Source: Nitrososphaeria archaeon (GTDB lineage Archaea > Thermoproteota > Nitrososphaeria > JACIWG01). From it: a DNA stretch of 64,000 nt. Shown here piece by piece: positions 40,916-51,523 of this stretch; position 1 is the first letter of the stretch; every line of letters begins with the position of its first letter. The stretch is taken from contig JBEKIG010000004.1 in assembly GCA_050011875.1 (NCBI GenBank), positions 1 through 64,000 of the forward strand. The letters are read 5' to 3'. Below the pieces are notes generated by a model. That model was not told where the DNA came from. It did not search any database and was given only the letters and a program-made list of their open reading frames with translations. The position numbers and the translations under genes are program-made.

Positions 40916-41779
40916 TCATATGTTCGGCCTGCGATTTCGTCCGAGGAGAACCCAAATCCCCAGAAGGCCAACATTGGCAATGACGATTGCGGTACCAAGG
41001 TATAGAAGCAATTTCCCCAGACCTTGGTTGGGATAATCGACCGCTGATTGACGGACATAGACAACGGCGACGGTGAGGGGGACACCGGTTGGATTTGAAA
41101 TCGTGTAATTCACAAATCTGGTCCCCATTGGAATCGAATAGTCAGTCTCAGCGTAATTTGATTGAGTGCTGTATATTGTGCCGTTGACAGCTCCGATTGA
41201 GGTGATTTGGAACTCTGGCGGTATCGGAGAGGCGACTCCAAAGTAGACAAGATGCATGACACCGTGAATGTCCAATCCCCCCTCTCCGAACCAGAACATC
41301 GTCCCTCCCGGTGGCAGTGTGAAATTGGTGGGTGAAGTGCTGCTCCATTCCCCAATTAGCTGCGACTGCGAAGCGAGGATAGGACCTGTCACTATCATCA
41401 AAATGCCGAGTACGATCACAAGTGTTACCAGAACGCCAAATCCTTTCCTGACGACCTTCGAACCTCCAAGGTGCCCTTGTTCCGACCGAGATCTTTGGCT
41501 GAGCCGTTCAGTGGCTTCCACGACCCTGATGGCCTCTCTTCCCTCGTCAGTCAAGCCGTAGTTGCCTTCAGAATCAGGTTTGACCAGTGGACCCAACTTG
41601 TTCAAGTGAAAGGAGAGGTTTCCGCTACTTTCGATGTTAGTCGCCCGTTTGAGCTCAGAGAACCCCATCGGGTGATCAGACAACGTCTGTAGGATCAAGA
41701 TTCTCGTCGGGTGTGCCAGAGTTTCATAAAGTTCTGCCTTGTCTGAATTGAACTCATTAGCTGATTCACTTTGGGTCAC
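40916..41779 (-). CDS. ArsR-type HTH protein with a transmembrane/extracellular sensor domain
   Basis: LAHPTRILIL..FSELK..LSFHLNKL..YGLTDEG followed by two TM helices. Confidence 0.85.
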   Translation of the reverse strand: MTQSESANEFNSDKAELYETLAHPTRILILQTLSDHPMGFSELKRATNIESSGNLSFHLNKLGPLVKPDSEGNYGLTDEGREAIRVVEATERLSQRSRSEQGHLGGSKVVRKGFGVLVTLVIVLGILMIVTGPILASQSQLIGEWSSTSPTNFTLPPGGTMFWFGEGGLDIHGVMHLVYFGVASPIPPEFQITSIGAVNGTIYSTQSNYAETDYSIPMGTRFVNYTISNPTGVPLTVAVVYVRQSAVDYPNQGLGKLLLYLGTAIVIANVGLLGIWVLLGRNRRPNI

Positions 41780-41993
41780 AATGATCCCTCCGCGAACGGA
41801 TATGTAGGACTTCGATTTAATACCTCTCTCGTTGACAGACCAAGAGGCCCTAGCGGATTAGTGGTCTTCAATTGTTGACTGGCGTCCATACACCCGTTAA
41901 AAGAGCTCGTCTCCTTGGATGTAGGTGACGTCGATTGGGCGGGGATTAATGTTTAATTACGCTTTCGACAATTATTTTGCGGTTGCTGATTTG

Positions 41994-44594
41994 ATGGCAG
42001 ATGACCAAGAGATTCTGTCTCTCGGCGTTGACGACGTTTTAGCTCGGCTGAAGACATCCCGGTCTGGGCTTTCCTCACAGGAAGTTCAGAGCCGCATTGC
42101 AACGTACGGACCGAACGAGCTGGCTAAGAAGCAGAAACGCACCGGGCTTATTGAGATTCTGTACCACCTGAGAAATCCACTCGTGTTGATCCTCCTGATT
42201 GCGGGTTTAGTCTCCGGGTTTGTAGGAGACATAACAGACGCGGTCATAATTTTCACAATCGTGCTTCTCAGCATCGTTCTTGACGTGTATCAAGAATCCA
42301 AAGCTCAAAACGCCGCCGACGCACTCAAAGAAAGGGTCACCACAAAAGCAACAGTTCTCAGAAACGGCACCAAACAAGAAGTGAAACTTTCCGAAATCGT
42401 ACCAGGTGACATAGTCTATCTCATCGCAGGAGACCTCGTTCCCGCCGATTCCAGATTAATCGACGCAAAGGACTTGAACCTCAACCAGTCAGCATTAACA
42501 GGAGAAGCCTTTCCAGTAGAAAAGAACGCTGCCCCGCTTTCAGCTAGCACGTCCGAACTGACCAGCTGGAACAACTACGTATTCATGGGAACCTCAGTGG
42601 TCAGCGGAACCGGAACCGCCGTCGTGGCAAAGACCGGAAGCTTAACGGAATACGGAAAAATCGCCAAAGACCTCGTGGCCAAGACGCCTGAAACCGAATT
42701 CGAAAAAGGGCTTCGCCGATTCGGAGCCTTAATGACCGAAGTCACTCTTTTCCTCGTAGTTTTCGTCTTTTTTGTAAACGCATTTTTCTTTTCAGGCAGC
42801 CGCAGCATTCTGCAATCCCTGCTTTTCTCAGTGGCTCTTGCCGTGGGCTTAACGCCGGAGCTTCTGCCCATGATAATGTCCATCAACCTATCCAGAGGCG
42901 CCGTGGCAATGTCTAAAAAAGGCGTAATCGTGAAACGGCTGGCCTCAATTTCAAACTTCGGCAACATGGACGTTTTATGCACGGACAAAACCGGCACGCT
43001 CACAGAGAACAAGCTCACACTAAGCGAATACGAGGACCTGGAAGGAAAAGAAGCCCCAAAAGTGCTCATGTACGCTTACTTTAACAGCGTTTTTGAAGCA
43101 GGACTGAAAAGCTCTCTAGACGACGCCATGATTCAGTATAAGCAGTTCGACGTCACTGGCGTCCAGAAAATTGACGAAGTGCCCTTTGACTTCATCCGAA
43201 AACGCGTTTCAGTAGTGGCCGAGTACGAAGGACAAAGACTCCTAATCTCCAAAGGAGCCCCTGAAGAAATCCTCAAAATCTGCACCTACTGCGAAACTGA
43301 CGAAAACCTAACCGATCTAACAAACGTTTACCAAGCCAAGTTTGAGCAAAAATACAACGCACTCAGCGCTGAAGGATACAGGGTTCTAGCCGTCGCATAC
43401 AAGAAAGTCAAAGACGACAAAACACACTACACAATCACCGACGAAACCGACATGATCTTTCTAGGTTTCCTGTCTTTCCTTGACCCACCTAAAGAAAGCG
43501 CGAAAGAATCCATCCGTTTACTGGCCAGAGACGGCGTAGAACTCAAAATCGTCACCGGCGACAACGAACTAGTCACAAAAACAACCTGCGAACAACTGGG
43601 CTTCAACATAACAGGAGTCATCCTCGGAAACGACATCGCCCAACTCCAAAACGACGCCCTAGCCCGAGTCGTAGAGGAAAACAACATTTTCGCCCGCGTA
43701 AACCCCGCTCAAAAAGACAGAGTAATCAACGCCCTAAGAACCAACGGACACGTAGTAGGCTACATGGGAGACGGCATCAACGACGCCCCCTCCCTGAAAA
43801 CGGCAGACGTAAGCATATCAGTAGAAAACGCCGTTGACGTCGCCAAAGAATCCGCCGACCTCATACTCCTGCAGCCTGACTTAACCGTGCTCGATCAAGG
43901 CGTTCTGGAAGGCCGCAAAACCTTTGGCAACACCATGAAATACATCATGATGGGCGTCAGCTCAAACTTCGGCACAATGTTCAGCGTAGCCGGAGCCTCC
44001 CTGTTCCTAAACTTCCTACCCATGACAGCTATCCAAATTCTCCTAAACAACCTCCTATACGATCTTTCCGAAGCAACCATACCAACAGACAACGTAGACG
44101 AAGAATACATCGAAAAACCCAAAAAACTAGACATCTCATACATAAGAAGGTTCATGATGACCATGGGCCCCGTAAGCTCTATATTTGACTTCCTGACCTT
44201 CTTTTTGATGCTGGAAATCTTCAAAGCAGCAGTTCCCGTTTTCCAAACCGCATGGTTCGTAGAATCTCTTGTAACACAAACACTTGTGGTTTTCGTGTTA
44301 AGAACCAGAAAAACTCCATTCTACAAGAGCAAACCCGGGAAATTTTTGACGATAAGCAGCCTATCCGTCGCGGCGGTCGCCTTCATAATTCCCTACACGC
44401 CCCTTGCCACCATATTCAATTTTTCGCCTCCCCCACTAGCGTTCTACCCAGCCCTAGCAGGACTAATAGTCGCCTACCTTCTCCTAGTTGAGGTCGTCAA
44501 GAAATGGTTCCAAAAACATAACGCTTACCGCCTGGAACAAATCTATGCCCCGAAAAAAACAAAACCGGCCGACCAAACAACCAATAAGCTTTAA
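41994..44594 (+). CDS. mgtA: Magnesium-translocating P-type ATPase
   Basis: LTGE, TPELLP, DKTGT, PFDF, GDGINDAP, NLLYD; start moved to ATG 41994. Confidence 0.95.
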   Translation: MADDQEILSLGVDDVLARLKTSRSGLSSQEVQSRIATYGPNELAKKQKRTGLIEILYHLRNPLVLILLIAGLVSGFVGDITDAVIIFTIVLLSIVLDVYQESKAQNAADALKERVTTKATVLRNGTKQEVKLSEIVPGDIVYLIAGDLVPADSRLIDAKDLNLNQSALTGEAFPVEKNAAPLSASTSELTSWNNYVFMGTSVVSGTGTAVVAKTGSLTEYGKIAKDLVAKTPETEFEKGLRRFGALMTEVTLFLVVFVFFVNAFFFSGSRSILQSLLFSVALAVGLTPELLPMIMSINLSRGAVAMSKKGVIVKRLASISNFGNMDVLCTDKTGTLTENKLTLSEYEDLEGKEAPKVLMYAYFNSVFEAGLKSSLDDAMIQYKQFDVTGVQKIDEVPFDFIRKRVSVVAEYEGQRLLISKGAPEEILKICTYCETDENLTDLTNVYQAKFEQKYNALSAEGYRVLAVAYKKVKDDKTHYTITDETDMIFLGFLSFLDPPKESAKESIRLLARDGVELKIVTGDNELVTKTTCEQLGFNITGVILGNDIAQLQNDALARVVEENNIFARVNPAQKDRVINALRTNGHVVGYMGDGINDAPSLKTADVSISVENAVDVAKESADLILLQPDLTVLDQGVLEGRKTFGNTMKYIMMGVSSNFGTMFSVAGASLFLNFLPMTAIQILLNNLLYDLSEATIPTDNVDEEYIEKPKKLDISYIRRFMMTMGPVSSIFDFLTFFLMLEIFKAAVPVFQTAWFVESLVTQTLVVFVLRTRKTPFYKSKPGKFLTISSLSVAAVAFIIPYTPLATIFNFSPPPLAFYPALAGLIVAYLLLVEVVKKWFQKHNAYRLEQIYAPKKTKPADQTTNKL

Positions 44595-44986
44595 CCATTT
44601 TAGGGCGTTTGCAACAACGGGTTTCGAAGAAAGCCCTTTTCTGTGGTCAATCAACCAATCTCTCGTATCAGTAGTGAAAGATTATTTTGAAATGATGTGG
44701 ATTACATCTTTTGCGACATTGAACGAATCTAATTTATTCCGTGTTCCTAAGTGCTATGAATACTGATAGCTTTGTGAAAGGTGGAGACAAAGAAGCTATT
44801 TTTAATGACTGTTATGCTATATGCTCATGAAGTAAATCTTGGTTTGAGTTATGCTTAGTAGGTCCTTTGGTGGAGCTCCTTTGATAAAGGCAAGTCGCCT
44901 TATCTGATTTAATTTGAAGAAGGGCGGATTTTTAGCAGAATGTCTCAAACCTCTAAATCAAGACCTCCTACTTTTTCATGCCATTT

Positions 44987-46078
44987 TTAATTTTCCAGAT
45001 ATTCTTTAAGGATTTCATCCTTTGGCTCTAGGCCTAGTCCAGGCTGTTCGGTGAGAGTGACCCAACCCTTATCCGGTCCAGGAGGATTCTTGAAGATAAT
45101 TTCTCCTACTTTCCACATTAAGTAATGGAACTCCACTCGCCAACCATTGGCCATAGCCGCTTGCAGATGCATGTTGTGGTGTGGCCAGCCACCTCCGTTG
45201 GCTATAAGGATATTGAAGGCTTGGGCCATAGCTGCCACTTTTAAGGCTTCGGTGTAGCCACCTACATAGCATACGTTGGGCTGAAGAATGTCTACCGCTC
45301 CATTTAATAGGAGTTCACGATGACGAAAGCGAGAGCCTTCATTCTGACCGGCTGCAATGGGTATTATTGTTCTTCTTCGTAGGTCTGCTAGGAGCCTAGT
45401 GTCATTTCCATAGACCGGCTCTTCAAACCAAGTTATGTTATATGCCTCTATTTTTTTGGCTAATTCTAATGCCTTGTTGAGGGAGAAGAGGTAGTTGGCA
45501 TCAATCATTAGTTGGGTTTTGTCTCCTATAGAGTCGCGCACCATCTTAACTCGGGCAGCATCTTCAGTAGGGTCTTCGGCGTTGTTTATCGCCACTACCA
45601 TCTTTAGCTTATCCTGTCCTTCACGGATATAGCGGCAAGCCATTTCAACCAGTTGCTCGCGATTAAACTCTAAAAGGCCAAAGGTAATGTAGGCAGGAAC
45701 TTTCTTCTTTGCTCCGCCTAGGAGTCTCCATACCGGTTCTCTGTAATGTTTACCTTTTATGTCCCAGAGGGCTATATCTACTGCGCTCACTGCTGAACTC
45801 CAAACTCCCGTCTGGGATCGCGGGTTGTGTGTGAGGTACATTTGATTCCATAAGGCTTCGGTTTCCAAAGGATTTTTACCTTTTAAGAAAGGCGCCAGTT
45901 CCCTGTTTATGAACTCTCTGACTCCGAAACGCTGCCCTCCACCAGTTAGGCCAAATCCAGTTATGTCCTCATCGGTATCTATATGTACAAAGACGATAGG
46001 CCGATTCATATTCTTTTCCAATAGTGGAACGTACACTGGTATAGTATGTACTGTGGCTAGAATAGAAGTAATTTTCAT
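44987..46078 (-). CDS. Mandelate racemase/muconate lactonizing enzyme family protein
   Basis: SAVDIALWDIKGK, KLK, MIDAN, WFEEP. Confidence 0.93.
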   Translation of the reverse strand: MKITSILATVHTIPVYVPLLEKNMNRPIVFVHIDTDEDITGFGLTGGGQRFGVREFINRELAPFLKGKNPLETEALWNQMYLTHNPRSQTGVWSSAVSAVDIALWDIKGKHYREPVWRLLGGAKKKVPAYITFGLLEFNREQLVEMACRYIREGQDKLKMVVAINNAEDPTEDAARVKMVRDSIGDKTQLMIDANYLFSLNKALELAKKIEAYNITWFEEPVYGNDTRLLADLRRRTIIPIAAGQNEGSRFRHRELLLNGAVDILQPNVCYVGGYTEALKVAAMAQAFNILIANGGGWPHHNMHLQAAMANGWRVEFHYLMWKVGEIIFKNPPGPDKGWVTLTEQPGLGLEPKDEILKEYLEN

Positions 46079-46391
46079 AGTTTACCCCATTCTAAAACTT
46101 CTTAATAAGTAGTATTCTTAATAAGTAGCATCTTTGGGTTGATTAGGAATCAAACTCCATAACGCAGCGATTCTATTAATTTCGTGGTCTCCTATTTGTG
46201 GCTCACCCAAATTATTCCTAGTCATTGTAATAAGTTCTTTGAGCAATGAAGGAATCGTTGAATGACAATGACTAATGGAGTGGGACAGAGAAACTTGTAA
46301 GAAAATTAAGTAGAAAAATGATGGCAGATCTGGAATTTTTGCCTTTTTTAATTCAATTTAATAATTAAACTTTAATAGAAAAGGACTATGT

Positions 46392-47414
46392 GTGTTCCCT
46401 ATGGAAATTCCATATAGATCTTTACGCATTGCCGATATGATGGATGTTTCTAGGGATATCCTTGAGAGAATATGTTTAGTAAAACCAAAGGAGAAGGTTG
46501 TTATTATAGGGGATCTAACTAGTAGTTTAAACATAATAGAAAGCCTCGCTGGCGCATGCGAATATATCGGTGCGGAACCTATTGTAATGATTATTAAAAA
46601 TCCTCCTTATCCTGGAAAGTACGATATACCTTCGCCAGTTTTGGGGGCAATAAGAGAAGCGGACTGTACAATTCAAACTACAACGAATTCTATGGCTCAT
46701 ACAGAAGCAAGTGAATTAGCTATGATAAAAACGGCAACTCGCCCCAATGGAGGAGTATGGGTAAGTATGAACGGTGTTACTGAAACAAATCTAATAAAAG
46801 GTGGAATCAAAGCAACTGGAACAAATAGGTTAAAGAAAATAACACAGAAAGCTACATACGCCATTACCGGGAAAACATGCAAGATAACAAGTAAAATGGG
46901 AACTAATCTAACCTTTGAACTCAGTGGTAAAACCTTCTCACTTTGGGGTGAATCCACTCAACGCCCAGTATACCATATGATTCCCGATGGAGAATCTGGA
47001 AATGCACCGGTTCCAGACTCAGTAAATGGCACAGTAGTTGTGGATGGCATACAGGAGGGGGTCATACCTTTGAGGTGGCCATACGATGGACCTATAAAAT
47101 ATGAATTAAAGGATGGCAGGGTAACAAAAATCTATGGAAGCACCGCTGCTAGGATATTCAAGAAACTAATCTTCGATATTGGCGATGAAGGCGCAAAATA
47201 CATAGGTGAATTCGCTGTTGGAACCAACCCAGAGGCAATTATTACTGGAGCTCTACAAGAAGACAAGCATGTTTTAGGAACCATACATCTATCTCTGGGA
47301 GATGGCCTTGTAAATAGAAGTATACTGCACTTGGATGGTGTTCAGTTAGAACCTACAGTCGAGATTGATGGAAGAGTCATAATAGATGAGGGAGAGCCCA
47401 TTTTCCTCAAGTGA
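46392..47414 (+). CDS. Thermophilic metalloprotease (M29)/NicX-like protein
   Basis: GTNLTF, IPDGE, GEFAVGTNP, EDKHVLGTIHLSLG, HLD. Confidence 0.82.
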   Translation: MFPMEIPYRSLRIADMMDVSRDILERICLVKPKEKVVIIGDLTSSLNIIESLAGACEYIGAEPIVMIIKNPPYPGKYDIPSPVLGAIREADCTIQTTTNSMAHTEASELAMIKTATRPNGGVWVSMNGVTETNLIKGGIKATGTNRLKKITQKATYAITGKTCKITSKMGTNLTFELSGKTFSLWGESTQRPVYHMIPDGESGNAPVPDSVNGTVVVDGIQEGVIPLRWPYDGPIKYELKDGRVTKIYGSTAARIFKKLIFDIGDEGAKYIGEFAVGTNPEAIITGALQEDKHVLGTIHLSLGDGLVNRSILHLDGVQLEPTVEIDGRVIIDEGEPIFLK

Positions 47415-47634
47415 TATTTGGATTGCGTTTGCTATGTCAAATCTTGAAATCTAAATCTAAATTAGGTACACTCAAAGCTTAATTTGTTGGCTTACAATAC
47501 TGTAAGAATATTAAATCATGAGATTTTTCTGGTTCAGTCATAGCACGCGCACATTCTCAACACTTAATCAGAACAGAAAACAAAAAAAGAAAGATATGGG
47601 AGCTTTCGGTCAAGCCCCTATGCTTACTCGCTGC

Positions 47635-48284
47635 TTAACTTGTTGGAGGCTGGAACAGAGAGTCCGGAAGCGAAGGATTAACAAGGACGTTGTAGACCAC
47701 GATCGTGCCTTCTCCATTTGCTTCGGTATAAGTGTAACTTCCTCCGATGCCAGTCAAGTATATAGCCATCTTTTGGTATCCTACAATTGCTGTGTTAGTC
47801 TGGTTAAATATAGTTGTGAACTCGGCAGATAGGTTCGTCCAAGTTCCGCCAGTATATACCCACGCCTTCTGCTGGACTCCGTTTACAATGTAAATTAGGT
47901 TGCCTTTCGTCCCATTCGTATCTAGCCGTAGCATTTCGTTAGACGTCCCTCTATTCTTTGCGTAATACGTAGATGTCTGAATTACTGCCCCTGAACTATC
48001 AATATCCTTCACACTGAACTGCACGCTGCTTGCATTAGCAACATTTGGAAAGCTGGATGTTACAGTAGTTGTTGAAGAAGTAGTTGAACTAGAAGTAGTC
48101 GGTACAGAAGTTGAACTAGAAGTAGTCGGTACAGAAGTTGAACTAGAAGTAGTCGGTACAGAAGTTGAACTAGAAGTAGTCGGTACAGAAGTTGAACTAG
48201 AGTCATTGTAGCCACATAAATGCCACCCGCCACCAAAATAACTGCGATGACTACTATTGCCACGATAAGTAACATTCGATTCAT
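47635..48284 (-). pseudogene. Membrane-anchored protein with an S/T linker, frameshifted near 48203
   Basis: TM anchor MNRMLLIVAIVV... in one frame; (SSSTSVPTT)n linker and ...VNPSLPDSLFQP domain in another. Confidence 0.75.
48083..48201. repeat. Perfect 27-bp tandem repeat x4.4
   Basis: GTTGAACTAGAAGTAGTCGGTACAGAA at 48083, 48110, 48137 and 48164, plus a partial copy. Confidence 0.97.
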
Positions 48285-48500
48285 TCTATTACCTCCAATT
48301 GACGCCCGCGCGAGAGTATAAGAATTTAACGGTTTGTGCATATTTAGCTTTGGTTTTTTGACTAGGCTTTGGTTAAACTTATCGCCATCGCTTCATTGGG
48401 GTTGAATCCTTTCTGCTTCCATGGAGCCAACAACGTAGCACGCGCGCGGTTTTGGGTTCTGGTAACTTTTCGTCTGTTTCGGGATTCATGCCAACTGTCG

Positions 48501-48824
48501 TCAGATGATTGATTTTTGTGGAGTTACAGGCTGCATCTTCGGACCGAGTCTCATGAAGAAATATCCGAGGAGATACCCGAAGATCAAGCTTGTGACCAGA
48601 CTAACTAAAAGATTAGTTGAAGCATCGGCTGTTTCGTAGCTAAATGAGCTTGTACTGAGAGCGAGATCAATCAGAAAGAGAATCAAACCAAAGATGAGCC
48701 CTCTGATTGGGAGACTATAACTCTTCATGTATATACCTTGCACGGCAGCAAAGATGAGCCCCACGATCAAACCTATGATGATTCCTCCAATGACCGAGAC
48801 CACTGGAATCAAAATCAAAGTCAA
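48501..48824 (-). pseudogene. Membrane protein, probably 5'-truncated
   Basis: Three TM helices; reading frame broken next to the att-like repeat at 48857. Confidence 0.55.
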
Positions 48825-48856
48825 GCTGACCAGAGCATCAAGCTGATTAACAAAGC

Positions 48857-48921
48857 GATTTCAGCTTTAATTTACTTGTAAATAATGAACAGAGAAGAAT
48901 TGGTGCGGGCCCGGTGAGATT
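48857..48921 (-). repeat. Inverted copy of the tRNA-Arg 3' end plus about 50 bp of downstream flank (att-like)
   Basis: Reverse complement matches 55641-55706 at 58/66 positions by hand alignment. Confidence 0.85.
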
Positions 48922-49170
48922 AAGGCCTATATAGGTTCGATTCGTGGATTTCATGGTTTTATTTTTATTTCTGGAAAAGCACAGTTTATGTTTGCATTAA
49001 TATATAGTGTCAAACACATCCAACAAGAGAACTCTGTGTACGCATCTTTGATTTTTTCTCTAGAAAAAATGCGAATCTATTTTAAGGGCATACAGGACCC
49101 TTATATTCCAATGTAATGGTTTTGAAAACGCTACTGCCATTGTTGCCTTAAAGAATAGAAGGAGACTGAT

Positions 49171-50019
49171 ATGAAGTTTAAGTATTTAGTCCCTTACATC
49201 GTTATTACCGTATTCATATCTCAATTCGGTAAGGATTCGCTCAACTACTCATCGCCATTTTTCATGATGGGATTGAGATACTTGATAGCGGGCTCATTGT
49301 TGCTATTAATTTCGAGACGTTTTCTGTTTAATAGGGATTTAATAATTCTGTCGTTGCTTTCGGCAACAAGTACTGTCCTGTGGGCATACGGACTCGAATA
49401 CGTATCTTTTTCAGATTCAACCGTACTAAGTTACACAATGCCACTAATAACGATCTTCACCTCATGGGCACTGTTAAAGGAAAAAGGGACGCTCACCGAA
49501 GTAATAGGTGCCGTGATAGGTTTTTCAGGACTCGTAATCTTCTCAATACCTCTACTGACAGGTTTCCTTCTATTAGGTTCTCTACTAACCCTCGTTAACG
49601 CAGTTTTCTGGTCACTTTATTCAGTGTATTTCAGAAAAATGAAGGAAAGCAACCCAATCTCAGTCGTAGGCTCCCAGTTCATTCTGGGTTCGCTCTTCAT
49701 GCTGGTCCTTTCTCCAATTAATTTCAAGCTCAGTTTTACAAACGGATTCGTCATCGACCTACTTTACCTTTCAATCATAGGAGGAGCTATACAGTTCCTC
49801 TTATGGAACCTGATGATAAGAGGAGAAAAAATAAACATAGTCACGACTTCGGTTTTCGCAGTTCCAGCTCTCACTGTGATTGTACAAGCCTTGGAAACAC
49901 TAACGATCCCATCTGCACTGTCCATAATTGGTATTGCAATAATGTTCATAGGCATATATATTTCCCAGAGTGTAAACAAACCAAAAATCCCCAACAAGGG
50001 ATTGGCGTCGCAATCCTAG
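49171..50019 (+). CDS. DMT/EamA family transporter
   Basis: About 10 TM helices in two repeats; LRYLIAG, LLKEK. Confidence 0.92.
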   Translation: MKFKYLVPYIVITVFISQFGKDSLNYSSPFFMMGLRYLIAGSLLLLISRRFLFNRDLIILSLLSATSTVLWAYGLEYVSFSDSTVLSYTMPLITIFTSWALLKEKGTLTEVIGAVIGFSGLVIFSIPLLTGFLLLGSLLTLVNAVFWSLYSVYFRKMKESNPISVVGSQFILGSLFMLVLSPINFKLSFTNGFVIDLLYLSIIGGAIQFLLWNLMIRGEKINIVTTSVFAVPALTVIVQALETLTIPSALSIIGIAIMFIGIYISQSVNKPKIPNKGLASQS

Positions 50020-50334
50020 TTGGTTTGACGATGTCATCAAACTGAATGCCATAACAAAGAAACTTTCGCCAAAAAGAAAACTAGTTGTCGCAGTACTCTT
50101 AAATGATGAGGAAAATAAACTAATTCTTAGCAGGATAAGGGAAACAGAAAAGTAAGGAACGGAATCGTAATAGTAACTTTACATAATCGTACTCATCTGT
50201 AATAAGGCGATTTTAGACCTGCATAGAGTCGCAAGAATAGAAGCCAAACAAGGATTTGAATGATATTTGAATGATATCCACAGTTTCCTCATACTGTGAG
50301 GTGGCCATAAAGGACAATAAAAGATCGTTTCATT

Positions 50335-51513
50335 TCATTGAAGCGGTTTGCCACACTCGGGACAGAACTTCGTTGGGGAAGTTATCGCTGCGCCACAGTT
50401 CGGGCATGTCTTTCCCTGGCTCTGTTGAGCCGTCTGAGTGCCGCAGTTTGGACAGAACTTTGCGCCAGCTTGAAGAGGAGAACCGCATTGGGAGCAGAAC
50501 AGGCCTTTCTTTGTCTGGCTTGCTGGTTGTGCTTGGCTGGCCCCGCAGCTGGGACAGAAAGAGCTGTTTACTGGAATTAGTGCCCCACAGTTTGAGCAGG
50601 ACTTTGTTGGAGGTTGCGCCATCCCGCCCATCATTTGGCCGCCGACCGCGTATCCCATGCCAGCACCTGCGCCCAGCCCCACACCTATCCCTGCTCCCAC
50701 GCCAGCTGCTCCTGAGGGGTTCTTGGCCGCGTCGACCATGGCCTGTCCTGCTTGATATTGCATATAATTCACACCCAGAACCTGTAACTGAGAGCGGGTG
50801 TCGATCGCCTTCTGAACTTCGTCCGGCAGGCTAATTGTCAAGCCCGAAATCTTGTTTATCTCTACGCCATATTGCCCGAAGTTGTCGGGAGCAGTCGCGA
50901 GCACAACCTGTTCTATATTCGTGAGGTTTGCAGCTAAGTCGGTAACCTTTAGTCCCTGTGATTTCATCTTACCCATCCCGTTGTATACAAGGATAACCAT
51001 CTGCTCCTTCAGCCGTGATTCTACGTCTTCTGAGGTCTCGGCGTTGAAAGTGCCAACAAACTGGTTGATGAAGTTCTCAGGAGAGGAGACCCTCCATCTA
51101 TATTCTCCAAAGACGCGGAGGTTGACGATCCCGAAAGTTGGGTCCGTGAACTGGTACGGCTGTGTGCTGCCGAACTTGCCATCCATGTACCTCTTCTGGA
51201 TGTAGAAGACCTCGGCCTGCTGTACAACGCCGGTGAAGAATTTAAGTAGATTCCCGACTATGGGCGCGTTGAAGTCGGTAAGCGCATATCTGTTTGGCTG
51301 ATCGAAGTATGTCAGCACCTTACCATCCCTGTAAAAGGCCGCAATCTCGTCCTCCCTTACGACTATGTTATCGTTCAACCTGATGTTCCTCGGAACCTTC
51401 CACATCACGTTATTCTGCTTGTACTGGTCCTCCCAGTTTACGGTTATCGAACCCACAACGCTACCACCAGTGGGAGGTATATCGCTCGATTTCTTCTTGA
51501 ATAAGCTACTCAC
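50335..51513 (-). CDS. SPFH/band-7 domain protein with C-terminal double zinc ribbons
   Basis: IVVREDEIAAFYRDGK, LRVFGEY, ISLPDEVQKAID; three CxxC..FCxxCG pairs. Confidence 0.92.
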   Translation of the reverse strand: MSSLFKKKSSDIPPTGGSVVGSITVNWEDQYKQNNVMWKVPRNIRLNDNIVVREDEIAAFYRDGKVLTYFDQPNRYALTDFNAPIVGNLLKFFTGVVQQAEVFYIQKRYMDGKFGSTQPYQFTDPTFGIVNLRVFGEYRWRVSSPENFINQFVGTFNAETSEDVESRLKEQMVILVYNGMGKMKSQGLKVTDLAANLTNIEQVVLATAPDNFGQYGVEINKISGLTISLPDEVQKAIDTRSQLQVLGVNYMQYQAGQAMVDAAKNPSGAAGVGAGIGVGLGAGAGMGYAVGGQMMGGMAQPPTKSCSNCGALIPVNSSFCPSCGASQAQPASQTKKGLFCSQCGSPLQAGAKFCPNCGTQTAQQSQGKTCPNCGAAITSPTKFCPECGKPLQ

Positions 51514-51523
51514 TCCAATTCAC

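Noticed and set aside
39659-40916. RiPP cluster around the radical SAM/SPASM gene
   Set aside because: No credible precursor peptide, PqqD domain or transporter adjacent
48060-48341. 93-aa ORF with LVQLLYRLL repeats as a real protein
   Set aside because: Off-frame reading of an S/T-linker repeat in a frameshifted gene
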